Source: Bacteroidota bacterium
GTDB taxonomy: Bacteria > Bacteroidota > Bacteroidia > Chitinophagales > Chitinophagaceae
DNA: 64,000 nucleotides
Assembly: GCA_041175905.1 (NCBI GenBank)
Contig: JBEDEC010000017.1
Location: 1,448 to 65,447 of the forward strand
Direction: 5' to 3'
Shown: in pieces, positions 51,121 through 60,514 of the stretch
How positions within the stretch are numbered: position 1 is the stretch's first letter
Layout of the letters: every line of letters starts with the position of its first letter
Program-made: the position numbers and the translations under genes
Notes under the pieces: generated by a model
Databases searched by the model: none
What the model was told of the DNA's origin: nothing
What the model saw: only the letters and a program-made list of their open reading frames with translations

Positions 51121-52026
51121 ATGAAACGTTTTTTAACCATACTAGCGCTCTTTGCATCACTTGCAAAGCCTTCGGCGCAACAACTAAATACTTCTTCTCT
51201 TTATGAACTGCAAGGGCTATTTCATAATCCTGCAACAGCAGGAACCTATGCCCCTGCAATAGTAGGAGGAGTTTATCGTACCCAATGGAGTAGTTTCACT
51301 GGCGCCCCACGCACAGCTACTGTTTTTGGTTCATTTGACCTACCTGAACAGAAAATTGGTTTAGGAGGTTATTTGTACAGTGATAAAACAGGTCCTACAT
51401 CCAGAACAGGTATAGCATTGGCCTTTTCAAAACATATCCCGCTTAATAATGGTGCAAAATTTTCTGCAGGACTTGAAGCACGTGGTTTGCAGTATGCAAT
51501 CGACAGAGCAAAATTAACGCAGACATTGGGTGCCGATCCTGCTATTGCGGGTGGCGACAATAGTTTCAAGTTTGATGCAGGAGCAGGCGTTGCCTACACC
51601 TCAAAACGTTTACAACTTGGTGTTTCTGTATCACAAATAATTCAATCAAAATTGAATTTCTATAAAGGGACATTGACACCAGCCGAGGAGGCAAGACTCT
51701 ATCGCCATTATTATTTACATGGATCATACAAGTGGGATGTGGACCAACAAACCACCATTACACCTAGTTTTTGTGTTATCTATCTTCCTAATGCACCTAC
51801 CGATTTTCAAGGAGGTATTCGTGTAGAACACAATCAACTTTTTTGGTGGGGTTTAGCCGCAAGAGCCAGACAGAGTTTTATTTTATCGGCAGGAGTGCAT
51901 ATTAAAAATGCATTTAGCTTAGGATATAGCTTTGATATTTACAAAACACCGCTTAGCGTGTTTGATGCAGGCGCAAATGCCCACGAGCTAATGCTCCGCT
52001 ACTCATTGACACCTAAGGCAAAATAA
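51121..52026 (+). CDS. PorP/SprF family T9SS outer-membrane protein
   Basis: NPATAG, YRTQW...GAPRT, DKTGP, GYSFD and AHELMLRY motifs; follows a type-B CTD gene. Confidence 0.93.
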   Translation: MKRFLTILALFASLAKPSAQQLNTSSLYELQGLFHNPATAGTYAPAIVGGVYRTQWSSFTGAPRTATVFGSFDLPEQKIGLGGYLYSDKTGPTSRTGIALAFSKHIPLNNGAKFSAGLEARGLQYAIDRAKLTQTLGADPAIAGGDNSFKFDAGAGVAYTSKRLQLGVSVSQIIQSKLNFYKGTLTPAEEARLYRHYYLHGSYKWDVDQQTTITPSFCVIYLPNAPTDFQGGIRVEHNQLFWWGLAARARQSFILSAGVHIKNAFSLGYSFDIYKTPLSVFDAGANAHELMLRYSLTPKAK

Positions 52027-52043
52027 TTCTTCAAGGACATGTT

Positions 52044-52072
52044 AAAAAGGGGTTCATTGAACCCCTTTTTTT
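52044..52072 (+). terminator. Intrinsic terminator after porP/sprF
   Basis: AAAAAGGGGTTC-ATT-GAACCCCTTTTTTT hairpin with U-tract, 17 nt after the stop. Confidence 0.88.
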
Positions 52073-52158
52073 ATGACTACCAGGCAGTTAGTAGTTTCCG
52101 GTCTTCGTAAACAATACATCGCTGTACTTGTTATTTTTGCAGAACAATTATCGGACCT

Positions 52159-52755
52159 ATGATTAAGACTGGCAACCCTATCGTAAGCATCTACACAGAG
52201 ATGACCCCAAACCCTGAAACCATGAAGTTTGTGGCAAACAAATTATTATACCCAGGTAAAAGTGTAGATTTTCCAGATGTGGCCAGTGCGGGTCCATCGC
52301 CACTCGCTACAGAATTGTTTGGATTTCCTTTTATAAAGGCTGTTTTTATTGCGAGCAATTTTGTTACACTGACCAAAACACAGGAAACGGACTGGAATGA
52401 TGTTATTCCATCTGTACGTCAGTTTTTAAAAGATTACCTGGAAGAAGGTAAGCCTGTGGTGAATGAAGAAGAGCTGGCAGCACAAAAACAAACGGTAACC
52501 AATGAAGTGGCAGCCGATGATGACGATGTCGTAAAAAGAATTAAAGAATTATTGGATAATTATGTTCGCCCAGCTGTTGAAATGGATGGGGGAGCTATTC
52601 AATTCAAAAGCTACGAAGCAGGTACAGTTAGCTTAGCCATGCAAGGAAGTTGCAGTGGTTGTCCTTCTTCAATGATCACCCTTAAAGCCGGAATCGAAGG
52701 CATGATGAAAAGAATGATTCCAGAAGTGAAAGAAGTGATCGCAGAATCAGAATGA
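52159..52755 (+). CDS. NifU/NfuA family Fe-S scaffold (Nfu_N plus NifU-C)
   Basis: TPNPETMKF, VRPAVEMDGG and GSCSGCPSS motifs; TATTTTTG promoter at 52132-52139. Confidence 0.93.
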   Translation: MIKTGNPIVSIYTEMTPNPETMKFVANKLLYPGKSVDFPDVASAGPSPLATELFGFPFIKAVFIASNFVTLTKTQETDWNDVIPSVRQFLKDYLEEGKPVVNEEELAAQKQTVTNEVAADDDDVVKRIKELLDNYVRPAVEMDGGAIQFKSYEAGTVSLAMQGSCSGCPSSMITLKAGIEGMMKRMIPEVKEVIAESE

Positions 52756-53378
52756 GCAGCGACATCGTACAGTCTTTTTATCAATCCATCCAAAATACAT
52801 CCTGGATAGAATGGCTTGCTGTTATGGCAGGCATAGCAAGTGTATGGTTCAGTAAAAGAGAAAGTATCTGGGTATATCCGGTAGGTCTTATCAATACCAT
52901 CATTTATACTTGGATCAGCTTTGATTATCATTTACCGGGAGAAGGGGCCGTAAACTTTTATTACACAGCGATGAGTTTGTATGGGTGGTATAATTGGAGT
53001 AGAAAAGATGAAATGAAAACAAAGATTTTGCATATCACGACCAGCATTCGTAAAGAGTGGATTGAACAAGTTCTTTTTTTCATTGTTTGTTATTTCTTAC
53101 TATTCATATCGTTGACACAATTGAAAGATTTATTTTTTAAAGAAGCCATTCCTTGGGCAGATGCACTCGCTTCTGCTGCTGCCTTTACCGGAATGTGGTT
53201 GATGACCAAAAAGAAAGTTGAAAGCTGGTACTGGTGGATACTCACTAATATTGCATCAATGCCTCTTTATTATGTGAAAGGATTACCCTTAACTGCCGTC
53301 TATTATTTTGTTTTGCTGCTCATTGCCTTTGGAGGGCTACGCAGCTGGAATCAAAAAGCTATTGTGACCCATGCTTAA
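52752..53378 (+). CDS. pnuC: PnuC-family nicotinamide riboside transporter
   Basis: YGWYNW and K(K)VESWYWWILTN motifs; adjacent to a NadR-type kinase. Confidence 0.88.
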   Translation: MSSDIVQSFYQSIQNTSWIEWLAVMAGIASVWFSKRESIWVYPVGLINTIIYTWISFDYHLPGEGAVNFYYTAMSLYGWYNWSRKDEMKTKILHITTSIRKEWIEQVLFFIVCYFLLFISLTQLKDLFFKEAIPWADALASAAAFTGMWLMTKKKVESWYWWILTNIASMPLYYVKGLPLTAVYYFVLLLIAFGGLRSWNQKAIVTHA

Positions 53379-53952
53379 AAAAATTGTAGTGATAGGACCC
53401 GAGAGTACCGGCAAAAGCACGTTATGTCGTCAATTGGCAGAACACTTTGAAACAGTCTGGTGTCCTGAGTATGCGCGTGAATATTTATTGACAAACGGAA
53501 AAGACTATAGTTATACAGATCTGCTCGCCATTGCTAAGGGGCAAATTGCCGGTGAAGAAAATTGGGCAGAATTATTAGAAAAAAGAGCAGCTCCACTTTT
53601 AGAACAAGACTATGATATTCCCTACTTCATCGACACCAATATGGTTGTGATGAAAGTTTGGGCAGAATTTGTATTTAATAAATGTCATCCTTTTATAGAA
53701 GAACAATTAGCGAAAAGAAAATATGATCACTATTTGCTTTGTGAGCCAGATTTAGAATGGGAAAAAGATGAGTTAAGAGAATATCCAGATTTGGAAACGC
53801 GAGAGAAATTATTTTTTATCTATAAAAATTACCTGGAGCAACAATCGATTCCTTGGACCTTGATCAAAGGGAAAAATGAAGATCGCATACAAAGTGCTAT
53901 TCGCACAGTTAATAAAATATTAGAATCATCGTTTGCTATCGATTCTCAATAA
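53371..53952 (+). CDS. NadR-type P-loop kinase (ribosylnicotinamide kinase-like AAA domain)
   Basis: GPESTGKSTL, PEYAREY, DT and WEKDELRE motifs. Confidence 0.88.
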   Translation: MLKKIVVIGPESTGKSTLCRQLAEHFETVWCPEYAREYLLTNGKDYSYTDLLAIAKGQIAGEENWAELLEKRAAPLLEQDYDIPYFIDTNMVVMKVWAEFVFNKCHPFIEEQLAKRKYDHYLLCEPDLEWEKDELREYPDLETREKLFFIYKNYLEQQSIPWTLIKGKNEDRIQSAIRTVNKILESSFAIDSQ

Positions 53953-54643
53953 GCTTTCGAATAGCAGGATCTGACTGCAGATTCATCATTTGACGTTGTA
54001 TCATACTGGCCCGAGATTGCATGTAACGAGACCCTGATTTTACTTTGTATCGAACGGGGTTAGGAAGACAAGCCGCTATCAATGCCGATTCACGGCGACT
54101 TAAGTTTCTTGCCGATTTATTAAAATAAGCCTTGGCCGCCGCCTCTGCTCCAAATACGCCCTTTCCCATTTCAATCACATTTAGATACACTTCTAGAATT
54201 CTTTTTTTACCCCATACAATTTCTATCATAAATGTGAAGTAAACTTCTAATCCTTTGCGAATCCAACTTCTTCCTTGCCATAAAAAAACATTTTTTGCAG
54301 TTTGCTGACTGATCGTGCTACCACCTCTTAACTTAGTTGGCTTACGCTTATTATACGCCATCGCCTCCTTAATTCGCTTCCAATCAAAACCGTAGTGCGC
54401 AGGAAATAATTGATCTTCCGATGCAATTACTGCTAATCGTAAATACGGAGAAATTTGATCTGCTCTAACATAATCACGACGAAGTCCATCGCCTGTTACC
54501 CAATTCACGAGCTGTGTCATCGTAATGGGAGGATCAACCCATCGCAACAGAATTATATATGCAAATTGAAAAATAAAAAGATAAAGAAACACTCGTTTCA
54601 AGCGACTCCAAAATCTTGCTATCATTGAAACGTTCGTCGTCAA
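53936..54643 (-). CDS. mtgA: Monofunctional biosynthetic peptidoglycan transglycosylase
   Basis: IASEDQLFPAHYGFD, RGGSTISQQTAKN, RKGLE, KKRILEVYLN and LPNP motifs; start TTG 54643 or ATG 54625. Confidence 0.95.
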   Translation of the reverse strand: MTTNVSMIARFWSRLKRVFLYLFIFQFAYIILLRWVDPPITMTQLVNWVTGDGLRRDYVRADQISPYLRLAVIASEDQLFPAHYGFDWKRIKEAMAYNKRKPTKLRGGSTISQQTAKNVFLWQGRSWIRKGLEVYFTFMIEIVWGKKRILEVYLNVIEMGKGVFGAEAAAKAYFNKSARNLSRRESALIAACLPNPVRYKVKSGSRYMQSRASMIQRQMMNLQSDPAIRKLIENR

Positions 54644-56172
54644 AGCTGACCTGTTTGTAAAAATTTATCCCAATCAGCAAGCATTGTTCCTTTCATTACA
54701 CGAGGAAATTTATGTTGACTACCTAGCTTTCCTTTTAATTCCATGAATCGAAGAAACTGTTGTTCAGGGAGAACAGTAAGAAAAACTTCTTTCAATGCAC
54801 TATCTCTTTCCGTTGCATAGTCGTCATTCAAATTACGTAAGTGAAGATCTATTCGTTGGCGTAGCGCTTCTGCATCCACTTTATCGTCCGTAGCAATATA
54901 CCAGCGATGCGCAAAAAAGTTTTGATAAGGAAATCCAACCACCGTATACTCTGGAATGCTGATATTAAATTCGTTGCTGACCAATTCAATCGCCTTATTC
55001 ATATTGTCAACACTCAAATGTTCGCCTGTCAAACTTAAAAAATGTTTGATGCGCCCCGTAATCACCACTTCGGCTCTTTCTATATCGGTGAACCGGATGG
55101 TATCACCAATCAAATAACGCCAGGTTCCTGCATTGGTACTCATTAACAAAGCATACTCTTTACCCTCTTCTACTTCATGAATCATTTTTGTATCCGCACC
55201 AGGCAGTGGATTTCCATCTGCATCAAAATTGGATTCGTCAAACGGAATAAACTCAAAGAAAATATTATTATTCAGAATCAATTGCATACCGGAAGCATGC
55301 TCTCTGGTTTTATAACCAATGAATCCTTCACTTGATAAATAATTTTCAACATAGACGATGGGCTTGCCTAATAATTTTTCAAACCCCTTTTTATAGGGCT
55401 CAAAGGCAACACCACCGTGTACAAAAAAGCTCAAATTGGGCCATATTTCGTGTATGTGATTCAGCTTGTAACGTTCAATTACCATTTCCATCAACATTTG
55501 ACACCAGGCAGGAACTCCTACCAAATAACCGATGTCCCAATTAGGTGCTTGCTCAACCATCTCTTGTAATTTTTGATTCCAATCACTGATGGCTGCAATG
55601 CGGCCACCGGGTTTATAAAACGTCTGAAACCAAAATGGTCGTCTCTTTGCCAAGATGCCACTCAAATCACCTGCATACCAACCTGCTTTTCCTTTTTTTA
55701 AATCCGTTGCACCGCCTAACATCAAAAACCCTTTTGTCATGGCCCGCATCGTTGCTTCCTCGTAGCGTACCAAGCTGAGTAATTGACGTAAATAGTTGAT
55801 CATATTGCTTCGCAATAGGTCATTTGTAACGGGGATATACTTGCTTGCTGCTTCTGAAGTTCCTGAACTTAATGCGTAATACTTGATCTTACCGGGCCAG
55901 GTAACATCGGGTGTTCCATCCAAGGTTTGCTTCCACCATTCATTATAAATTTTGTTGTAATCATGAATGGGAACCAATTCTTGGAATTTTTTACCTGGAT
56001 GCTTGCTAAGCAAGGCCTGGTCAAAATGATATTGCTGTCCAAAAGAAGTAAAGCGCGCTTTTTTTAACAGCTTCTTTAATACACGAAGTTGTTGTCGCCG
56101 ATTATCATTTATAGGAATCTGGAGAATGGAAGCCAGTGCCTTCGGAATCTTTATTTCAATGATGGACGCCAT
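54640..56172 (-). CDS. GH3 (acyl-acid amido synthetase-like) family protein
   Basis: SSGTS...KYIP, GDLS, GVPAW, YLSSEGF, RYLIGD, GRIK and GSQHKFPR motifs. Confidence 0.92.
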   Translation of the reverse strand: MASIIEIKIPKALASILQIPINDNRRQQLRVLKKLLKKARFTSFGQQYHFDQALLSKHPGKKFQELVPIHDYNKIYNEWWKQTLDGTPDVTWPGKIKYYALSSGTSEAASKYIPVTNDLLRSNMINYLRQLLSLVRYEEATMRAMTKGFLMLGGATDLKKGKAGWYAGDLSGILAKRRPFWFQTFYKPGGRIAAISDWNQKLQEMVEQAPNWDIGYLVGVPAWCQMLMEMVIERYKLNHIHEIWPNLSFFVHGGVAFEPYKKGFEKLLGKPIVYVENYLSSEGFIGYKTREHASGMQLILNNNIFFEFIPFDESNFDADGNPLPGADTKMIHEVEEGKEYALLMSTNAGTWRYLIGDTIRFTDIERAEVVITGRIKHFLSLTGEHLSVDNMNKAIELVSNEFNISIPEYTVVGFPYQNFFAHRWYIATDDKVDAEALRQRIDLHLRNLNDDYATERDSALKEVFLTVLPEQQFLRFMELKGKLGSQHKFPRVMKGTMLADWDKFLQTGQL

Positions 56173-56234
56173 TGCACGGATTCAATTGTTTTGCGAATAT
56201 ACGCAATTGACCGAGGGAGAACCTATCTTCGCAC

Positions 56235-57014
56235 ATGCTTCGTTCAACACTAGTAGAGGCCACACAAGCCGGCGCAGCTGAGATTATGCGCTTTTTTCAG
56301 CAGTCATTTACCGTTTCAAATAAAGAAGGTGTCAATAACCTGGTGACTGAAGCCGATCACGCATCAGAAAAAGCAATTTTATCAGTGATCAAACGTGACT
56401 TTCCTGATCATCAGATTTTGGCAGAAGAGAGCGGTGCGCTTTCCCAAAATTCCGAATTCAAATGGGTGATTGACCCCATTGACGGAACTGTCAATTTTGC
56501 GCAAGGTATTCCCTTGAACTGTGTTTCCATAGGAATCGAACATAAAGGAGACATTGTAATGGCAGCCGTCTATAACCCACATCTCAATGAATTTTTCTTT
56601 GCAGAAAAAGGAAAGGGCGCAACACTCAATGATAAACCGATACGTGTTAGTCAAAAATCCGTAACACTTCACTCCTGTTTAGTAACCGGGTTCCCCTATA
56701 CCTATATCAACGAACCCAATGGACCACTTGAAGTATTTGAACGATTTGTTCGCAAGGGTGTGCCAGTACGTCGATTAGGATCTGCAGCTATTGATCTCTG
56801 CTGGGTTGCCTGTGGAAGATTTGATGGTTTCTTTGAACAAAAGCTAGAACCCTGGGATAGTGCAGCAGGATTTTTAATTGTTGAAGAAGCCGGTGGACGC
56901 GTGACCGATTTTAAAGGAGATCCTTTTTCTATTTATCAACATAAAGTATTAGCAACAAATGGTCTTATTCATGCTGAAATGCTGGATGTGATCAATGCTC
57001 GTAAAGAATTATAA
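56235..57014 (+). CDS. suhB: Inositol monophosphatase family protein (SuhB-like)
   Basis: LVTEAD, WVIDPIDGTVNFA, RRLGSAA and WDSAAG motifs. Confidence 0.9.
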   Translation: MLRSTLVEATQAGAAEIMRFFQQSFTVSNKEGVNNLVTEADHASEKAILSVIKRDFPDHQILAEESGALSQNSEFKWVIDPIDGTVNFAQGIPLNCVSIGIEHKGDIVMAAVYNPHLNEFFFAEKGKGATLNDKPIRVSQKSVTLHSCLVTGFPYTYINEPNGPLEVFERFVRKGVPVRRLGSAAIDLCWVACGRFDGFFEQKLEPWDSAAGFLIVEEAGGRVTDFKGDPFSIYQHKVLATNGLIHAEMLDVINARKEL

Positions 57015-57026
57015 TTTAAATAGCAC

Positions 57027-58058
57027 ATGGCAAACGAACGTACTGAGATAAACACACTGGGTGAATTTGGATTGATTGAACACCTGACAAAAAATATTGA
57101 ACTGCAAAATGCATCCTCAATTTTAGGCGTTGGCGATGACGCAGCAGTGATTGATCATTTTGGAAAGCAAACAGTTGTCACAACAGATCTACTGATAGAA
57201 GGTGTTCATTTTGATTTAATGTATACGCCGCTAAAACACTTGGGGTATAAATCTGTTATAGTTAACCTGAGTGACATTTATGCAATGAATGCTACACCGA
57301 CACAAATTGTAATAAGTATTGCCATCAGCAGTCGATTTAGCGTGGAAGCAGTTGATGAACTATACGAAGGAATCTATGCCGCTTGCGAAAAGTATGGGGT
57401 AGACCTGGTAGGTGGAGATACTACTTCTTCTCAAAAAGGATTAATCATTTCAATTACTGCAATAGGTGAAGTAACCCCCGATAAATTTGTAAAAAGAAGC
57501 ACGGCGCAAAAAGGAGATTTAGTTTGCGTGAGTGGAGACTTAGGCGGAGCATACGTCGGATTATTATTTTTAGAAAGAGAAAAAAAGATTTTTCTAGAAA
57601 GCCCTGGCGTACAACCAGATCTCGAAGGAGAAGCTTATGTAGTTGGCCGTTTATTGAAGCCTGAAGCACGGAAAGACATTATAGAATTTTTTGAAAAAGA
57701 AACTATTACGCCCACCTCTATGATGGATATCAGCGATGGGTTAAGTTCTGAGCTTTTACATATTTGTAAGCAAAGTCAATTGGGATGTGTGTTGTACGAA
57801 GACAAATTACCCATAGCAGATGCAACTCGTCAAGCTGCCTTCAAATTTGAATTAGATCCTACTGCTTGTGCGTTGAGTGGTGGTGAAGACTATGAACTAC
57901 TCTTTACTATTCCTCAAGCTGATTATGATAAACTAGTATTAAATGAGCAAATCAGTGTGGTAGGTTATATGACCGAAGCAGAACAAGGTGCACATATCCT
58001 TACAAAAGGTGGAAGCAAGCATGCAATCACTGCACAAGGATGGAATCATTTAAAATAA
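57027..58058 (+). CDS. thiL: Thiamine-monophosphate kinase
   Basis: GEFGLI, GDDAA, EGVHF, NLSDIYAM, GGDT, DISDGL and GGEDYEL motifs. Confidence 0.96.
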   Translation: MANERTEINTLGEFGLIEHLTKNIELQNASSILGVGDDAAVIDHFGKQTVVTTDLLIEGVHFDLMYTPLKHLGYKSVIVNLSDIYAMNATPTQIVISIAISSRFSVEAVDELYEGIYAACEKYGVDLVGGDTTSSQKGLIISITAIGEVTPDKFVKRSTAQKGDLVCVSGDLGGAYVGLLFLEREKKIFLESPGVQPDLEGEAYVVGRLLKPEARKDIIEFFEKETITPTSMMDISDGLSSELLHICKQSQLGCVLYEDKLPIADATRQAAFKFELDPTACALSGGEDYELLFTIPQADYDKLVLNEQISVVGYMTEAEQGAHILTKGGSKHAITAQGWNHLK

Positions 58059-58066
58059 GAATCGAG

Positions 58067-58855
58067 CTACTGAATCAAAAAGCGATCTCCGTCTTTCAAA
58101 AAGGGTAATTGCTGACGAACGCTCTGTAATTTTTCTTGATTCAGTTGATATGTGTAGGCGATTTCTTTGTCACGTTCAGTAAATACAATTTCCCCCATTG
58201 GATCAATAATCATAGAATCGCCGCTGTGATAAATAGTATTGCCATCTTCTCCTACCCGGTTCACTCCAATCACATAACATTGATTTTCGATAGCTCTTGC
58301 TTGTAGCAAAGTCATCCAAGCCTGTCTTCTGCGTTCAGGCCAATTAGCTAGATAAACCAAAACATCGTATTCAGGATTACTTTCATTTTGTTGTTGGCGA
58401 GCCCATACAGGGAAACGCAGATCATAACATACTTGTAAATTAAAACGCCAGCCGTTCACAGAGGCAATCAACCTTTTTGTACCTGCTGCATAGTGTTGAT
58501 CTTCTCCAGCAAACCCAAATAGATGTCGTTTATCATATGCACCCGTTTCACCATTGGGTAATATCCAAAGTAATCGGTTATAATAATTCTCGTTTTCCTG
58601 AATGATCACACTTCCACATAAAATAATTCGATTGGCGGCAGCGATGTTTTTCATCCAGGTAACCGTAGGTCCTTCCATGTTCTCTGCCAATTGATTGGGC
58701 TGCATACTAAAACCAGTACTAAACATTTCGGGTAAAAAAACAATCTGCGTCTTTCCCTTAAGCGTGCTGATTTTTTCTTCGAAAGAACGCAAGTTGGCTT
58801 CTTTATTTTCCCACTGTAAAAAGGCCTGTATGAGCGAAACAGAAAGTGGATTCAT
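58067..58855 (-). CDS. Carbon-nitrogen hydrolase (nitrilase superfamily, YafV/omega-amidase-like)
   Basis: LPEMFSTGF, YDKRHLF, CYDLRFPVW, ANWP and ARAIENQ motifs. Confidence 0.92.
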   Translation of the reverse strand: MNPLSVSLIQAFLQWENKEANLRSFEEKISTLKGKTQIVFLPEMFSTGFSMQPNQLAENMEGPTVTWMKNIAAANRIILCGSVIIQENENYYNRLLWILPNGETGAYDKRHLFGFAGEDQHYAAGTKRLIASVNGWRFNLQVCYDLRFPVWARQQQNESNPEYDVLVYLANWPERRRQAWMTLLQARAIENQCYVIGVNRVGEDGNTIYHSGDSMIIDPMGEIVFTERDKEIAYTYQLNQEKLQSVRQQLPFLKDGDRFLIQ

Positions 58856-58864
58856 TGATTTAAG

Positions 58865-59329
58865 TTACAACTTTGATAGAATGGCCCTTACTAATTCTGG
58901 CTCAAATCCTTTTCCAATTATATAATCAGCCGTTTTCTTCTGTCGAATGATATATTGAAACTGTTTAAGGCTTTGATATTTTTTGGTAATCAATTCTTTC
59001 AACACTTTTTCATAGTCGGCTTCCTCTATTTCTGCCATAGCCTTACGAATACAATACACACTAACCCCTCTTTGTTGCAACTCCATTTTGATACGTACCC
59101 TACCCCAGCGTTTTGTTCTCCATTTTCCACCCGCATAGGCTTTGGCAAAACGTTCTTCATTCAAATAATCATCCTCAATGAGGGAGCTGATCAATTCATC
59201 ATGTTGACGGGCTGGACATCCTAATAAAAACAATTTATCCCGCACTTCCCGATGTGATCGTTCCTGGTAGGCACAATAATGACGTAGCTTTTGGAGTGTT
59301 TGCTCAGGGGTAAGTGCCTTTTTGTACAT
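58865..59329 (-). CDS. recX: Regulatory protein RecX
   Basis: YCAYQERS, YLNEERFA, WGRVRI and KGFE motifs; ATG 59329 lies 5 nt after the promoter element TAGTTTTG. Confidence 0.92.
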   Translation of the reverse strand: MYKKALTPEQTLQKLRHYCAYQERSHREVRDKLFLLGCPARQHDELISSLIEDDYLNEERFAKAYAGGKWRTKRWGRVRIKMELQQRGVSVYCIRKAMAEIEEADYEKVLKELITKKYQSLKQFQYIIRQKKTADYIIGKGFEPELVRAILSKL

Positions 59330-59388
59330 CCCTCCAAAACTACCCAAAAAATCAGTAGTTTCGCCTTCAACCTATCAATAGAAGTGGT

Positions 59389-60504
59389 ATGAAATTCATT
59401 GCGAATTCTTCGGTGCTTTTGAAACAATTACAGCACATTTCAGGAGTGATAAATACAAACACTGTACTACCCATTCTGGAAGATTTTTTGTTTGAAGTAG
59501 AAAAGAACAAATTGACAGTGGTAGCCACTGACCTGGAAACAGTCATGCGTGTACAATTGGAGATTGAGGCCAAAGACACCGGAAAGGTTTGTATTCCCGC
59601 GCGTATTTTGATGGACTCATTAAAAAATATCGGGGACCAGCCGCTTACTTTCAATATTGATAAAAATTTTGCGATCGAAATCACCAGTGACAATGGTAAG
59701 TACAAGGTAATGGGTGAAAATCCAGATAATTTCCCGAAAGAACCAAGTGCGGATGAAACCACTTCTTTTGAAATGAGTGCTACCGCATTGCTTACTGCCA
59801 TCAACAAAACCTTGTTTGCTACCAGCAATGATGATTTACGTCCTGCAATGACCGGTGTGTTTTTTGAATTAGACAAAAAAGGACTACAATGTGTAGCTAC
59901 TGATGCACACCGTTTAGTTCGCTACAAAAGATCAGATGTAAAATGTCCTAAAACAGATTCTTTCATTGTCCCCAAAAAACCATTGAATCTGGTTAAGGCT
60001 GCTATTCCCGATACGGATCAACCTGTTACTATTAATTACAACAACAATCACTTATTTATTAGCTACGGCACTACTCAAATGAGTTGTCGACTCATCGATG
60101 CAAGATTTCCCGATTACAAAGTAGTAATCCCAACTGGCAATCCGTATAGTCTCACTGTGAATACGTCCGAGTTTCAAAGTGCTTTACGACGCGTTAGTAT
60201 TTTCAGTAACAAAAGCACAAATCAAGTTGCACTCAATATCAGCGGCAGTGAATTACAATTAGCGGCCCAGGATGTGGACTTTAGTTTCGAAGGAAATGAG
60301 CGCATGAAATGTCAGTACAACGGAGAAGATCTTTTAATTGCATTCAATGCTAAATTTCTTATTGAAATGTTAGGCGCTGCCGATAGTGATGAGGTGCAAA
60401 TTGAATTATCGACTCCAACAAAGGCTGGTATCATTCGCCCAACAGATAAAGCAGAGAATGAAGAACTGCTCATGCTGGTGATGCCGTTGATGTTAAATCA
60501 ATAA
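59389..60504 (+). CDS. dnaN: DNA polymerase III beta sliding clamp
   Basis: LPILE, ATDLE, RPAMTG, ATDAHRL, FPDY and LVMP motifs; TAGTTTCG promoter at 59356-59363. Confidence 0.97.
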   Translation: MKFIANSSVLLKQLQHISGVINTNTVLPILEDFLFEVEKNKLTVVATDLETVMRVQLEIEAKDTGKVCIPARILMDSLKNIGDQPLTFNIDKNFAIEITSDNGKYKVMGENPDNFPKEPSADETTSFEMSATALLTAINKTLFATSNDDLRPAMTGVFFELDKKGLQCVATDAHRLVRYKRSDVKCPKTDSFIVPKKPLNLVKAAIPDTDQPVTINYNNNHLFISYGTTQMSCRLIDARFPDYKVVIPTGNPYSLTVNTSEFQSALRRVSIFSNKSTNQVALNISGSELQLAAQDVDFSFEGNERMKCQYNGEDLLIAFNAKFLIEMLGAADSDEVQIELSTPTKAGIIRPTDKAENEELLMLVMPLMLNQ

Positions 60505-60514
60505 ACTACTTACC

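Noticed and set aside
36094-52072. T9SS locus as a mobile genomic island
   Set aside because: No integrase, transposase, tRNA or flanking direct repeats were seen.
59330-60504. Replication origin near dnaN
   Set aside because: No dnaA, only a ~60-bp intergenic region and no DnaA-box cluster.
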